From Candidatus Babeliales bacterium (GTDB lineage: Bacteria; Babelota; Babeliae; Babelales; JBFXEV01), in NCBI GenBank assembly GCA_963716425.1, contig OY970310.1, positions 1,275,639-1,339,638 on the forward strand: 64,000 nucleotides of DNA. The letters are read 5' to 3'. Of the stretch, positions 51,340 through 60,809 are shown in pieces. Every line of letters starts with the position of its first letter. Within the stretch, counting starts at the first letter, position 1. Under the pieces are notes generated by a model. The model was not told the origin of the DNA. It made no database searches and was given only the letters and a program-made list of their open reading frames with translations. Made by a program: the position numbers and the translations under genes.

Positions 51340-52494
51340 CTAAGCTGCTGATCGCTTCATTTTGTGATAGAGTTGCAAGTGGCGGTCAACCATATCTTGA
51401 ATGTAAAATTCTTCAAGGTTATCAGCATGACTTTGGAGCTTTTTATGTAAACTAGCATTGGTACTTAATGCAAGCATGCCATGTGCCAGTTGCTGCCACT
51501 GTTTTTGAGGATAGAGGAATCCATTTTTTCCGTTGAGCACCACATCGGGAATGCCGCCAGTATTATAAGAAAGTATGGGCAACTTAAGAAGACGCGCTTC
51601 AACGATTGCCATACAGATTCCCTCCCACAATGAACTTAATACAAATGCATGCCACGTGCTCATAATGGGTGCCACGTTGTCTTGCCATCCATGTAGGGTA
51701 ATTACAGATTCTAATTGATATGCTTGTATCCAATCTTCTATTGCAGGGCGCAACGCACCGTCACCTACTAATTCCAAACGAGTGTTTGGATTGTGAGTAT
51801 GCACTAATCTGAATGCAGCAAGAAGATCAAAAATATTTTTTTGTGGTTTAAAGCAGGCAACGCAACCAAAAATAAAGGGAGCAGTTTTGCCGGGAAATGT
51901 GGGTGCTTGATGTGCTGGAATAAATTGTTCTACCGAAACTGCAGGCCGAATGATAGAATGGCGTGAGCTAAAGTGAGGCAATAATTTGATACCCACTGCC
52001 ACATCATGAGACGTGGTGCATACATAATGGGTTGTAATAAAGCTGGTGATCAATTCAAGAAAATAGGTAATTGCCCAGATAATTTTATTTTGATGTTCAT
52101 GGAACGCATAATAACCATGCACCGTATGAACACGGGTTTTTATGTTTGCAAAGAATGCTGCCCATCGGCCCATAAGCCCTGCTTTTGTGCTATGCGTATG
52201 CACGATGAGTGAGCCATGCATTTTTTTAAGTTCACGCAATTTCTTAATAAGTGCCCAGAACGCTACAAATTCATTAAATATGCCAAAAACAGAAACTTCA
52301 CGTGTTAATTGTGGCAGTAAATATACGTTTGGTTTATCTTGGACAAGCTTGGTTAATGCGCCAGTAGTTCCTGAAATAATAGTTGCTTCATGGCCAGAAG
52401 CATTTAGTTGATCAAAGAGGGAAAGACAAATTTTTTGGGCGCCGCCCAGTTCAAGTTTGGTGATAATGTAGACTATGTGTGTTTGCTTTTTCAT
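51340..52494 (-). CDS. Glycosyltransferase family 4
   Basis: LGGAQ, HTHSTKAG, HTVHG, WEG..M.IVEA. Confidence 0.9.
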   Translation of the reverse strand: MKKQTHIVYIITKLELGGAQKICLSLFDQLNASGHEATIISGTTGALTKLVQDKPNVYLLPQLTREVSVFGIFNEFVAFWALIKKLRELKKMHGSLIVHTHSTKAGLMGRWAAFFANIKTRVHTVHGYYAFHEHQNKIIWAITYFLELITSFITTHYVCTTSHDVAVGIKLLPHFSSRHSIIRPAVSVEQFIPAHQAPTFPGKTAPFIFGCVACFKPQKNIFDLLAAFRLVHTHNPNTRLELVGDGALRPAIEDWIQAYQLESVITLHGWQDNVAPIMSTWHAFVLSSLWEGICMAIVEARLLKLPILSYNTGGIPDVVLNGKNGFLYPQKQWQQLAHGMLALSTNASLHKKLQSHADNLEEFYIQDMVDRHLQLYHKMKRSAA

Positions 52495-52527
52495 TGCTTG
52501 CTCTCATCAGTTTTTTTTGTGAATTTA

Positions 52528-53481
52528 TCACTTTAAGAATATCATTAAGAGCGCAATTAGCAAGGCGTAGATAGCAATAGCATCAATAAGTGCTTGTGCC
52601 ACTAAGCTTGCTTTAGAGATAAGTGACGTATTGTGTGGATCTCTACCAATGTAAACACAAGCTTCAGTAGCAGTGCGTGATGAAGCAAGACCAGCAGCAA
52701 TAGCACCTAATCCCATACAGAGTGCTGCCATTATAGGTATCACTAAGCCCAATAGATTCTCTTCAAAAGTTGATTGACTCAAGAGCAATGCAATAATAAG
52801 AGAAAAAATAAGTGGAGTTTCAATAATGGCACTACTAATGAGTGTAAAGGGAACAACTTTGCCATAAGATGCACGATTATAGCCCGTTGTAAAACAACTT
52901 TCATACGTAAATCTGCCAAGACCTATAGTGGATCCAATGCTGCCAAGACCAAGGCATATGCCACTTGCAAGAAGTTGCATGCCTTCAGTAAGATTACTTG
53001 CAGTGCCAATATTTTTGGTGATGAGTAATGAAATGACTAAGCCGAAAATAACAGGTGTTTGGAGTAATGATTGGGAGATAATCATAAGATTAATAATGCG
53101 TTGTGCAAAAAAAGGTTGTCGCGTGATTGCTTTGAATGCAGCTTGTGCAGGCAGCGACGAATAAATACCTGTCACCATGCCAGAAATGCCAAGCGCACAG
53201 GCAATACCAAGTGTTCCAAAACTGCCATAGATGGTGGGTGGTTGTTTGAAACTAAAAAGAAGAATAAATGCCATTACAATACTAAAAATGCCTGCGGTTT
53301 CTACAAGGGCCAAACTAATAAATGAAGCCTTATAGAGATCTGAACTTGCCCCTGGTTGCCGGTACATGTTGGTAACAACGGCTTGGCCGGTTAATCCACC
53401 ACCAATACCAACGCCCAGTGAGGTGAGAGCAACCACTAGGGCAATACCAACCCAATAAAGAATGTCTGCTAAGTGTTCCAT
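52528..53481 (-). CDS. atpE: ATP synthase subunit c, four tandem hairpins fused
   Basis: Four c-like units with loops RQP/RQP/YNR/RDP; follows atpB. Confidence 0.85.
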   Translation of the reverse strand: MEHLADILYWVGIALVVALTSLGVGIGGGLTGQAVVTNMYRQPGASSDLYKASFISLALVETAGIFSIVMAFILLFSFKQPPTIYGSFGTLGIACALGISGMVTGIYSSLPAQAAFKAITRQPFFAQRIINLMIISQSLLQTPVIFGLVISLLITKNIGTASNLTEGMQLLASGICLGLGSIGSTIGLGRFTYESCFTTGYNRASYGKVVPFTLISSAIIETPLIFSLIIALLLSQSTFEENLLGLVIPIMAALCMGLGAIAAGLASSRTATEACVYIGRDPHNTSLISKASLVAQALIDAIAIYALLIALLMIFLK

Positions 53482-53500
53482 GGTGCATTCCAATAGTTAG

Positions 53501-54247
53501 TTAAGTAATTGGATCTTCTTCTTCAGTTTGAATAGCTATTGAAAGGTAGGTCAGCGAAAGCATAGAAAAAACGAATGCTTGTATTATTCCTTCAAAAACG
53601 CCAAAAAACAAAAGAACTATTAAATTCATACCGCTTATAAGACCAATGATTTGTGTCAAGAATGAGAGGGAGATAACTCCCTTATAAATGGTGGTAATAA
53701 TGGCGCCTCCAAATATATTTCCAAAGAGCCGGAACGATAATGAAATAACTTTAGAGAGATGGCCAATAACATTAAGGGGAAGCATTATCACAAATGGATG
53801 CGTAAATTCTTTAAGATATCCTAAAATGCCATGTGTTTTAATAGCGTATACTTCTTTATAGAGAAATGCGATAACGCCAAGTGCGAGCGCGGTATTCAAA
53901 TCGCGTGTTGGTTCATCTGTCCATGGAAGGATTGCAATGCAATTACACAATAAAATGAATATGAATATGCTGGCAACAAATACGGTATGCTTATAATAAA
54001 AGGCACCAAGGGTTTCCGTAGTCAAGTCACTAAATGCCGTTACAATGCTTAAGGCGATCGAGCGGATCATACTCTCTTTTTTAGTCAGATAATAGCGCAT
54101 TACAAGCACGAGTACCAACAAGATAATGAGTACGAGCCACGTATTTACAATAATAAGCTTATTTATATAGAATAAGGGATTGTCTATACCAAATGGTGCA
54201 AGTAGATTTATTGTTTCAGGACTTAGGAGGTGGTCGAGCGATTCCAA
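53501..54247 (-). CDS. atpB: ATP synthase subunit a
   Basis: PTRDLN, SLSFRLFGNI, IQAFVF. Confidence 0.95.
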   Translation of the reverse strand: MESLDHLLSPETINLLAPFGIDNPLFYINKLIIVNTWLVLIILLVLVLVMRYYLTKKESMIRSIALSIVTAFSDLTTETLGAFYYKHTVFVASIFIFILLCNCIAILPWTDEPTRDLNTALALGVIAFLYKEVYAIKTHGILGYLKEFTHPFVIMLPLNVIGHLSKVISLSFRLFGNIFGGAIITTIYKGVISLSFLTQIIGLISGMNLIVLLFFGVFEGIIQAFVFSMLSLTYLSIAIQTEEEDPIT

Positions 54248-54540
54248 AGGTTAAGATCCTTAACTAGTATTATAGACCAAAATACACTTATAAATGTTAT
54301 TAAGATTAGTATAGGGTTTAAGTAAGGCGAATGCAATATAACATAGAAAAGGAGTGAGGCACATAAGATTCTTGCCATAGACATGCCCATAAGAGAGAAT
54401 GGTATGGAAGTTTGAGGTGCTTGTCCACTCAGCAAAAAACGGTCTTTCTTTTGTGCGTTCACAAAAGAAAGACCGTAATATACTATACCTGTTAGTGCAC
54501 CAATAATAATTGAATGTATAACGGAGGTATCAAATAGCAT
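54223..54540 (-). CDS. atpI: ATP synthase protein I-like
   Basis: Small hydrophobic ORF directly upstream of atpB. Confidence 0.6.
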   Translation of the reverse strand: MLFDTSVIHSIIIGALTGIVYYGLSFVNAQKKDRFLLSGQAPQTSIPFSLMGMSMARILCASLLFYVILHSPYLNPILILITFISVFWSIILVKDLNLWNRSTTS

Positions 54541-54546
54541 GAACTG

Positions 54547-55977
54547 TTAGAGTTTCTTGATGCCTTTATGGATCCAATACTGAGTGACAATTGACTTAGA
54601 TCCAGTAATTACAACCAGGCCATGTCGCTCATCAACAGATTTTTTTGCCATTTCAAAGGCTTCATCAAATGACTTTGCAGATCGTGCTTTGATTTTAAGG
54701 TTTTTAACCTCATTGGTTATTTGTTCAACATCCCATCCAGTTTCTTGAACTCCTGGCACTATATCAGTGTTTATTGGGCAGAAGATAACATTGGTTGTGT
54801 TCTTCTTTGCAAAATAACGTAATGCGCGTAAAAATTCTTCAGTATGCATGTTATCTTTATCACAGCCTAAAATAAAGGTGATTCCTTTAAGCGAGCGTTG
54901 ATAATGGAGTAAACGAATACCCAAGAACAGATTCTTAAGGGCATCTATATTACATGCGTTATCAAGAAGGATAGTTGGTTTTTCTTTAGAAAGAATTTGG
55001 AAACGACCAGGTAACGTACTTACTACGTCACGCCAATATTGATCAATAGTTTTCTTTGGATTCAGTTCTGCTTGGCGTTTTGCTTCCAGCGTTGGGCGAC
55101 CACGGCGGCCTTTTTCTTTTGCAAGGAGGCTATCAGAGACAATAATTGAATCAGTGTTGATAAAGTTATCAATGTATAATTGGCAAATACGCTCAGCAAG
55201 TGCTGCACAGCGACCATGAAGTTGTTCGAACGGATAGCTTAAAGGAGCTAGCTTACGAATAGGCATACCCCATTGACCGCCACGTTCCAATACTTTTGCA
55301 AGTACAATTTGTAAATTGAGTTTGCTTTGATCAGCTGATGCTACCCACGAGCCTGGTTGTACCATTTCAGTCAACCGGTCAATCCATGCATTAACGTTTA
55401 AATCTGGTTGATCAGCTTGATCATCAGTAATACGCGTGATTGCAAACACTTTTGGTGCGCAAATATTCACGGGATCACAGCTGCTGTTAGTTGCCACTTC
55501 TAAGAAGGCAACATCAACTTTTTGTTCTTTAAAATAAAGTAATGCCATTGCAACAAGAATATCTTGTGTATCTGCTGTAATATTATTTACTTGCGCAGCA
55601 GTAATCACTTCATTTGCAATATCAGTGAATTGTTTGTTTGCAATCGTTTGACCATCTACCATAAAACGTTCGTTATAGGTAAGAATATGTGGCGCATATA
55701 ATGCACCAACAGAAAGGCCCTCTTCTTTAAGTAATTGAGTGGCAAAGTTAATAGTTAAACTTTTACCATTCGTTCCTGCAACCAGTATAGCATTTGTAGC
55801 TTTTGATGGATTGCCAAGGGCTTTATCGAGTTGCTTGATAGTCAGTAATTTTTTATCCGTACGTTCAGTTGACCAATTGGCATTCAAAAATTCCACAACA
55901 TCATTATAATTACGTTGTGAGCCAAGGTCCGCAGTACGAGATGATTCTTTACGCTTGTTTGTTTCAATCATGTCCAT
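54547..55977 (-). CDS. folC: FolC (folylpolyglutamate synthase)-like Mur ligase
   Basis: VAGTNGKS, PH...NER, LPGRFQ, LD.A.N, VITGS. Confidence 0.75.
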   Translation of the reverse strand: MDMIETNKRKESSRTADLGSQRNYNDVVEFLNANWSTERTDKKLLTIKQLDKALGNPSKATNAILVAGTNGKSLTINFATQLLKEEGLSVGALYAPHILTYNERFMVDGQTIANKQFTDIANEVITAAQVNNITADTQDILVAMALLYFKEQKVDVAFLEVATNSSCDPVNICAPKVFAITRITDDQADQPDLNVNAWIDRLTEMVQPGSWVASADQSKLNLQIVLAKVLERGGQWGMPIRKLAPLSYPFEQLHGRCAALAERICQLYIDNFINTDSIIVSDSLLAKEKGRRGRPTLEAKRQAELNPKKTIDQYWRDVVSTLPGRFQILSKEKPTILLDNACNIDALKNLFLGIRLLHYQRSLKGITFILGCDKDNMHTEEFLRALRYFAKKNTTNVIFCPINTDIVPGVQETGWDVEQITNEVKNLKIKARSAKSFDEAFEMAKKSVDERHGLVVITGSKSIVTQYWIHKGIKKL

Positions 55978-56104
55978 CTCCAGTTTGACGCTTTTCTTTT
56001 AACTCAGGGTCGCCTTTTTCCCTTTTATACTGGGTTATAAGCTTTTTTGGCTTATTTTGACCTATATTCTAGGGTCGGTCAGGTGACCTGATGACTTACT
56101 ATTA

Positions 56105-56132
56105 AATATACGATATATTTTAAAAATGTCAA
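56105..56132 (-). promoter_or_regulatory. Sigma70-like promoter for folC-atp operon
   Basis: TTGACA-16 nt-TATATT on the minus strand. Confidence 0.5.
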
Positions 56133-56184
56133 TCATTGAATAATAGCGTAAAATCTATACAACTTTATTTACAAAGAATTAAAA

Positions 56185-56835
56185 ATGTTAATTAAATATA
56201 TATCCTGGGCTTCTTCTGTAGATAGAGCCCTTTTGGCACGGTCCCTCCGGGGAGGGGGTATCTCAATCGGCTCATCTGATACGGTTATTGGCTTTTTGGC
56301 ACCTCTTACCCTGGAGGGGTATAAAAACCTGGATGCCATTAAAAAAAGGGCGGATAAACCCTATTTGGTAGTTATTGGGGATCAAAGCAAGCTTACCTCC
56401 TTTACCGATCAACCCATAACCCCTGGGATTCTGAGCTTAATGGCCTCTTGCTGGCCGGGGCCAGTCACCCTTATTTTTAAGGCCAAGGCAGAATTGCCTG
56501 ACTATGTTAAAAGTAATGAAGGCACAGTAGCAGTGCGTGTACCAGATCATCCTGGCCTTTTGGTATTGCTCAAGGAATTTCCGGGATTATTTTCAACGAG
56601 CGCTAATTTGCATGGTAAGCCAATTCCTGAATCGATTAGTCAGATTGATCCGAAGATATTAGAATCTGTAGCTTATGTGGTGACTGATAATGTTACTGGA
56701 GCACATGGCTCCAGTAAGCCATCGACTATTCTTGATTGCACGGGTGATCAAATACGCGTTGTGCGTAAAGGAGCATATCCTATAGAGCCGCTGGAAGCTG
56801 CATATGGTGCAAAATTCATTAAACCATTGACCTAA
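56185..56835 (+). CDS. tsaC: L-threonylcarbamoyladenylate synthase (Sua5/TsaC)
   Basis: KKRADKP, WPGPVT, AVRVP, STSAN, PSTI.D, R.G. Confidence 0.92.
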   Translation: MLIKYISWASSVDRALLARSLRGGGISIGSSDTVIGFLAPLTLEGYKNLDAIKKRADKPYLVVIGDQSKLTSFTDQPITPGILSLMASCWPGPVTLIFKAKAELPDYVKSNEGTVAVRVPDHPGLLVLLKEFPGLFSTSANLHGKPIPESISQIDPKILESVAYVVTDNVTGAHGSSKPSTILDCTGDQIRVVRKGAYPIEPLEAAYGAKFIKPLT

Positions 56836-56895
56836 TTCATGCTCATGTGATGTACTACTAGTAAGGGAGCAAATGGGGTTAGGGGGAGATGGGTT

Positions 56896-57384
56896 ATGAA
56901 GCGAATACGTTCTTCTATGGGGTTCACATTAATTGAACTCATGATAGTGGTTGCCATTGTTGCATTTCTTTCAATGGTTTCAATTCCAAGTTTTTTCAAA
57001 TTTTTGGCTAAGGCAAAACGTGCAGAGGCCTACATGAATTTGGGTTCTTTGTATGTGGCGCAGAAATCGCATTGGGCAGAAACAGGCGCATATTCGTCAG
57101 TTTTGCGCGGGCCTGGTGGTATTGGCTGGTCACCTGAGGGATATACTGGCGGTGGTGCTGATGAGCGTTTTTACTATACGTACGGTTTTGCGCAAGGCCA
57201 AGAAGGGTCGCATCATTTTACTGGAAAATTAGAAACGTCTGCCTCAAGCTTGCAAGGAACAGCCGCAAGCAGCACTGGATTTACCGCAGCAGCGGCCGGG
57301 GATATTGATGGTGATGGCGATGCTGATGTTATTACCGTGAATGATCAACATGATATTAAGATCTTGAAAGATGATTTGAGTTAA
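56896..57384 (+). CDS. pilA: Type IV pilin
   Basis: G|FTLIELMIVVAIV prepilin motif. Confidence 0.9.
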   Translation: MKRIRSSMGFTLIELMIVVAIVAFLSMVSIPSFFKFLAKAKRAEAYMNLGSLYVAQKSHWAETGAYSSVLRGPGGIGWSPEGYTGGGADERFYYTYGFAQGQEGSHHFTGKLETSASSLQGTAASSTGFTAAAAGDIDGDGDADVITVNDQHDIKILKDDLS

Positions 57385-58136
57385 TAAGTTGGGAAAAGTG
57401 TTGCAAATAACTGCTCGCCCAAGATTGTGTATATCATAGCACCAAGTGCTAAGAATGGACCAAATGGGATTTTGGCTTGTTTGCCTTGGCCTGTCATGAA
57501 TATATAGATAAGACCAACAATAGATCCGATGCATGATGCAATCAGCAAGCTAACCCACCAGCCACCAAATCCAAGAAATGCGCCAATAAAACAAAGCAGA
57601 TCAATATCACCCTGTCCCATGCCTTGCTTTTTCATAATAACTGAAAAAATGTACGAAATTCCTGCAAGGATCAGATAGCCAGAAAGAGCGCCAATCATAA
57701 CTTGGTTGGCAGTTAATGGCAACATGCCGAGCATGCTTAGGATTACGGGAAAAGGGAGCAAATAAACGGTTACAAAGCGGGAAATGAGCATATACTGTGC
57801 ATCGGTGTAGATAGTAATAAGTAATGCCGAAAAAAAGAAACTATATGCTGCAAGATATTGGGTTGGTACGTACTGGTTGAGGCTGAGAAAGGCTACAACG
57901 CTCAAGATTGGAACCAAAAGGTAGATAATACTGAATCTGCTCTTGCAGTGTGGGCATGTACCACCTGATAAAAGCCATGAAAGCAATGGAATAGAATTAA
58001 TGAGTGAGCTCGGTTTTTTACAATGTTCACATACCGAAAATTGAGATAGGGGTATGCCAGTAATAAGAGTATGACCAATGGCAGTGAGCCATGAACCCCA
58101 GAGCGCCCAAATTATAGAGGAGATAATTATGGTTAT
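57381..58136 (-). CDS. pilD: Prepilin peptidase, probably non-canonical start
   Basis: CEHC and CPHC, TD, GMGQGDIDL, IPFGPFLA; frame open to 58136 with no ATG/GTG/TTG before 57986. Confidence 0.85.
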   Translation of the reverse strand: MTIIISSIIWALWGSWLTAIGHTLITGIPLSQFSVCEHCKKPSSLINSIPLLSWLLSGGTCPHCKSRFSIIYLLVPILSVVAFLSLNQYVPTQYLAAYSFFFSALLITIYTDAQYMLISRFVTVYLLPFPVILSMLGMLPLTANQVMIGALSGYLILAGISYIFSVIMKKQGMGQGDIDLLCFIGAFLGFGGWWVSLLIASCIGSIVGLIYIFMTGQGKQAKIPFGPFLALGAMIYTILGEQLFATLFPTY

Positions 58137-58510
58137 AATTCTCCTTCCTCCTTTAATTTTTCAAAGAGATTGTTGATTTCTAACTCTTTTTCATACTGAG
58201 TATCAAAAGCGAAGCTAAGTTCAGGCGTGTATCTGAATTTTAAAGTATCTGCAAGTGATTTGCGTAGAGAAGGTTTATACAGCTTAAGATACTGTAACTT
58301 TTCCTTGAATGCAGCAAGGCCCCCTTCCACATACATATATACATAGCACAAGCCTTTGTCCGGAGTAAGCTCAACGCCAGTGATCATAAAGCCGGTAAGC
58401 TGTGGATCATCTTGCGCTGCCTGCATAAAAAGAGTAGAAATCTCTCTCAAGATACTCTTCTCTTTTTGGGCTCTTTTAATACCGCTTACTGTTGTAGACA
58501 TGTAGGCCAT
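58133..58510 (-). CDS. rbfA: Ribosome-binding factor A
   Basis: IT.VELTPD, LKFRYTPELSFAFD. Confidence 0.9.
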   Translation of the reverse strand: MAYMSTTVSGIKRAQKEKSILREISTLFMQAAQDDPQLTGFMITGVELTPDKGLCYVYMYVEGGLAAFKEKLQYLKLYKPSLRKSLADTLKFRYTPELSFAFDTQYEKELEINNLFEKLKEEGEL

Positions 58511-58725
58511 TAAATAAGATGTTGGTTTGCCATGCGAATGTAATTTAATTTGATAGCACGCATAAGACGCTTACGCTTCTTTTGAGTAACTGGTTCAAAG
58601 TAAACGCCACGCTTAATATCACGAGTAACGCCTTCGCGTTCAAGCATTTTTTTGAATTTTCTGATGGTGCGTTCAATGTTGTCTGATGTTACTTGAACCT
58701 GAACGTTCGGTTTACGTTTACTCAT
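58510..58725 (-). CDS. rpsU: 30S ribosomal protein S21
   Basis: IERTIRKFKK..EREG...YFEP. Confidence 0.9.
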   Translation of the reverse strand: MSKRKPNVQVQVTSDNIERTIRKFKKMLEREGVTRDIKRGVYFEPVTQKKRKRLMRAIKLNYIRMANQHLI

Positions 58726-58809
58726 TAAATGAAGCCTTTTCTTAAGTAAGATGTCTTATTTTATCAATTACAAATGTTCTCTGATTATACTGTATTTTCA
58801 CGTCTCTGT

Positions 58810-60723
58810 CTAGAAAGTCATTCGTAATGACCCCATATAGGTGGTTGATCGGTAAGCATTACGCTGGGTGACCGGCCACTGCATAAGGAATCCTATCGTG
58901 AAGTTTTCCCCAATTTCATAGTTCAAACCTGTGTTAAAGACTTTAGCCTCAAATTTGGATCTGCATTCTGCCAAATCTGGCTTGAATACGCGCACATTAT
59001 TAGGGTTCATAAAGCCAGGAGTACCAGGTGCTACTATCACGGGGTTATTCACGTCAGGGTTAGGAATATGTAATTGGTCTTCTGCATGAGACATAAATAC
59101 AAACTGGGCAAACCCGGAAAGATTACATAAGAAGCGGTAAGCTGCGAGCACTATGCTCAGATGGTAGTTAGTTCCCGGTTTACGCATAACAGTAGTACCA
59201 TAAGGGAATATACCGCTTTGCAAATATTGGCTCGGGAGCCTAAAGCCGGTAAACCATCTGTGGGCCGCCTGAACGACATCGTCTGGGAATATATCATCCG
59301 TATCTGCACGTGTTTCTCTACAATTCCAACGCATAAAGCCAGCTTCAAAGCCAAATTCTACTGTTTCATAGAAATCAAAATCAAAACCAGCGTCCATCCC
59401 TATACCAGTATGGCCATCGTTACCAAATGCCAATCCAAATAGTTTGTGCCGATCTAGTTTTTTGGCAGTTGGTAAGCTGGTATTAAATGAGATAAACGGT
59501 ATAAACAAGAACGCTGAATAATCATAGCAATATGAGGTATCTACACATAAGTCACCGCAGCCAGTATCAACATGATAATGAAGCGGGTCAGTAGGGCGAC
59601 CATATTCGTCATAACCGGGTTGATTTTCAGTAAGCGCACATCCTGCACAATTGGTCAATTGGCCATTGCCATTACGATCGACGGGATCATTACCCCAGGT
59701 GTTTATTTTAAACGCATGTCTAAACCATACACTTATATAGGTATCTTCAATAGAAGTATCACGGAAATTACAAGGATCAAGGCCAATTTGTCCAAAGACT
59801 CGTTTGGCTTCAAAGGGGTCCATCAACTCAGTTTCCACTGCTTGCCAGCGCGCTTGGCAAGCCAATGTCCCCGCACAATTGGTTGGCCCCGGTACAAGTT
59901 CAGGTACTTGAGGGATAACTCGTAAAAAATCATCAGGAATTCTTGTTGGATCAACATTTGGTGGACAACAATTAACCATTATGGGTGTAGCAGGTGTCGG
60001 GCATTCTGGTTCTGTGCAACAATCTGCAGTGACTGGTATTCGATCATGCAACCGAGTATATGTTTGTTTAATTTCAGCCCATCCGGTTCGCACGGTAAGT
60101 CCAAAATCACAAATAGGGGAAAGTTGCAACTCAAAACGGATACCGTCTTTTCTATAACGTATGGGTACAGAAAAATAGCCTACTCGCTTGCATTCGTCAT
60201 CGAGCAGAAATTGGGGGAAACTATTGGGATTAATATTTATGACAGTATTGGGTGATGCTGGGGTTCCGTTAATAGTGCCCCAGGGTGTGTTTGGTAAATC
60301 GCTAAATATTGCAACTTTTGCATTGCCAAGTTGCTGTGTGCTGGGGACTTGTGGATTCATAAGAGTACCAGGCCTCCCAAGTAGAGCTTGCACTTCAATG
60401 GGTATGCCACCATAAAGAAGTCCTACCATGTTCCAGCGGCCTTCAAGGTCACTCAGTGGTACGCGGTGATTTTCAAAGTTGCGACCGCGGCTTGCCTTTT
60501 GATAAAAAGGGCTTATTGATAGCGAAAATGTTTCCGGGAAGTTTGCAGTAGCTACTCCCTTGTAATATGCTTTTCTACCGGAAAGCAAAAAATCAAGGGG
60601 AAAATATGTGGACCAAAGGGGGACAGGATCATTTTTTTGGAGTGTGGTGATTATTTCTGCAAGTAGTCCGCTGCTACTAGAGATAAGTAGTCCCAACAAT
60701 ATACGTGTTGCAAATCGTTTCAT
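58810..60723 (-). CDS. Secreted putative outer-membrane beta-barrel with Cys/Pro-rich inserts
   Basis: Signal peptide; FGNDGH, C-terminal MTF; paralogous to 1198-2445. Confidence 0.6.
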   Translation of the reverse strand: MKRFATRILLGLLISSSSGLLAEIITTLQKNDPVPLWSTYFPLDFLLSGRKAYYKGVATANFPETFSLSISPFYQKASRGRNFENHRVPLSDLEGRWNMVGLLYGGIPIEVQALLGRPGTLMNPQVPSTQQLGNAKVAIFSDLPNTPWGTINGTPASPNTVININPNSFPQFLLDDECKRVGYFSVPIRYRKDGIRFELQLSPICDFGLTVRTGWAEIKQTYTRLHDRIPVTADCCTEPECPTPATPIMVNCCPPNVDPTRIPDDFLRVIPQVPELVPGPTNCAGTLACQARWQAVETELMDPFEAKRVFGQIGLDPCNFRDTSIEDTYISVWFRHAFKINTWGNDPVDRNGNGQLTNCAGCALTENQPGYDEYGRPTDPLHYHVDTGCGDLCVDTSYCYDYSAFLFIPFISFNTSLPTAKKLDRHKLFGLAFGNDGHTGIGMDAGFDFDFYETVEFGFEAGFMRWNCRETRADTDDIFPDDVVQAAHRWFTGFRLPSQYLQSGIFPYGTTVMRKPGTNYHLSIVLAAYRFLCNLSGFAQFVFMSHAEDQLHIPNPDVNNPVIVAPGTPGFMNPNNVRVFKPDLAECRSKFEAKVFNTGLNYEIGENFTIGFLMQWPVTQRNAYRSTTYMGSLRMTF

Positions 60724-60809
60724 AAAATTCCTTTTTTGCTGTCATCACAAAATTATGCTTGATTAAGATATACCATTATTCTATCATTTGCACAATCCGT
60801 TGTTCACTT

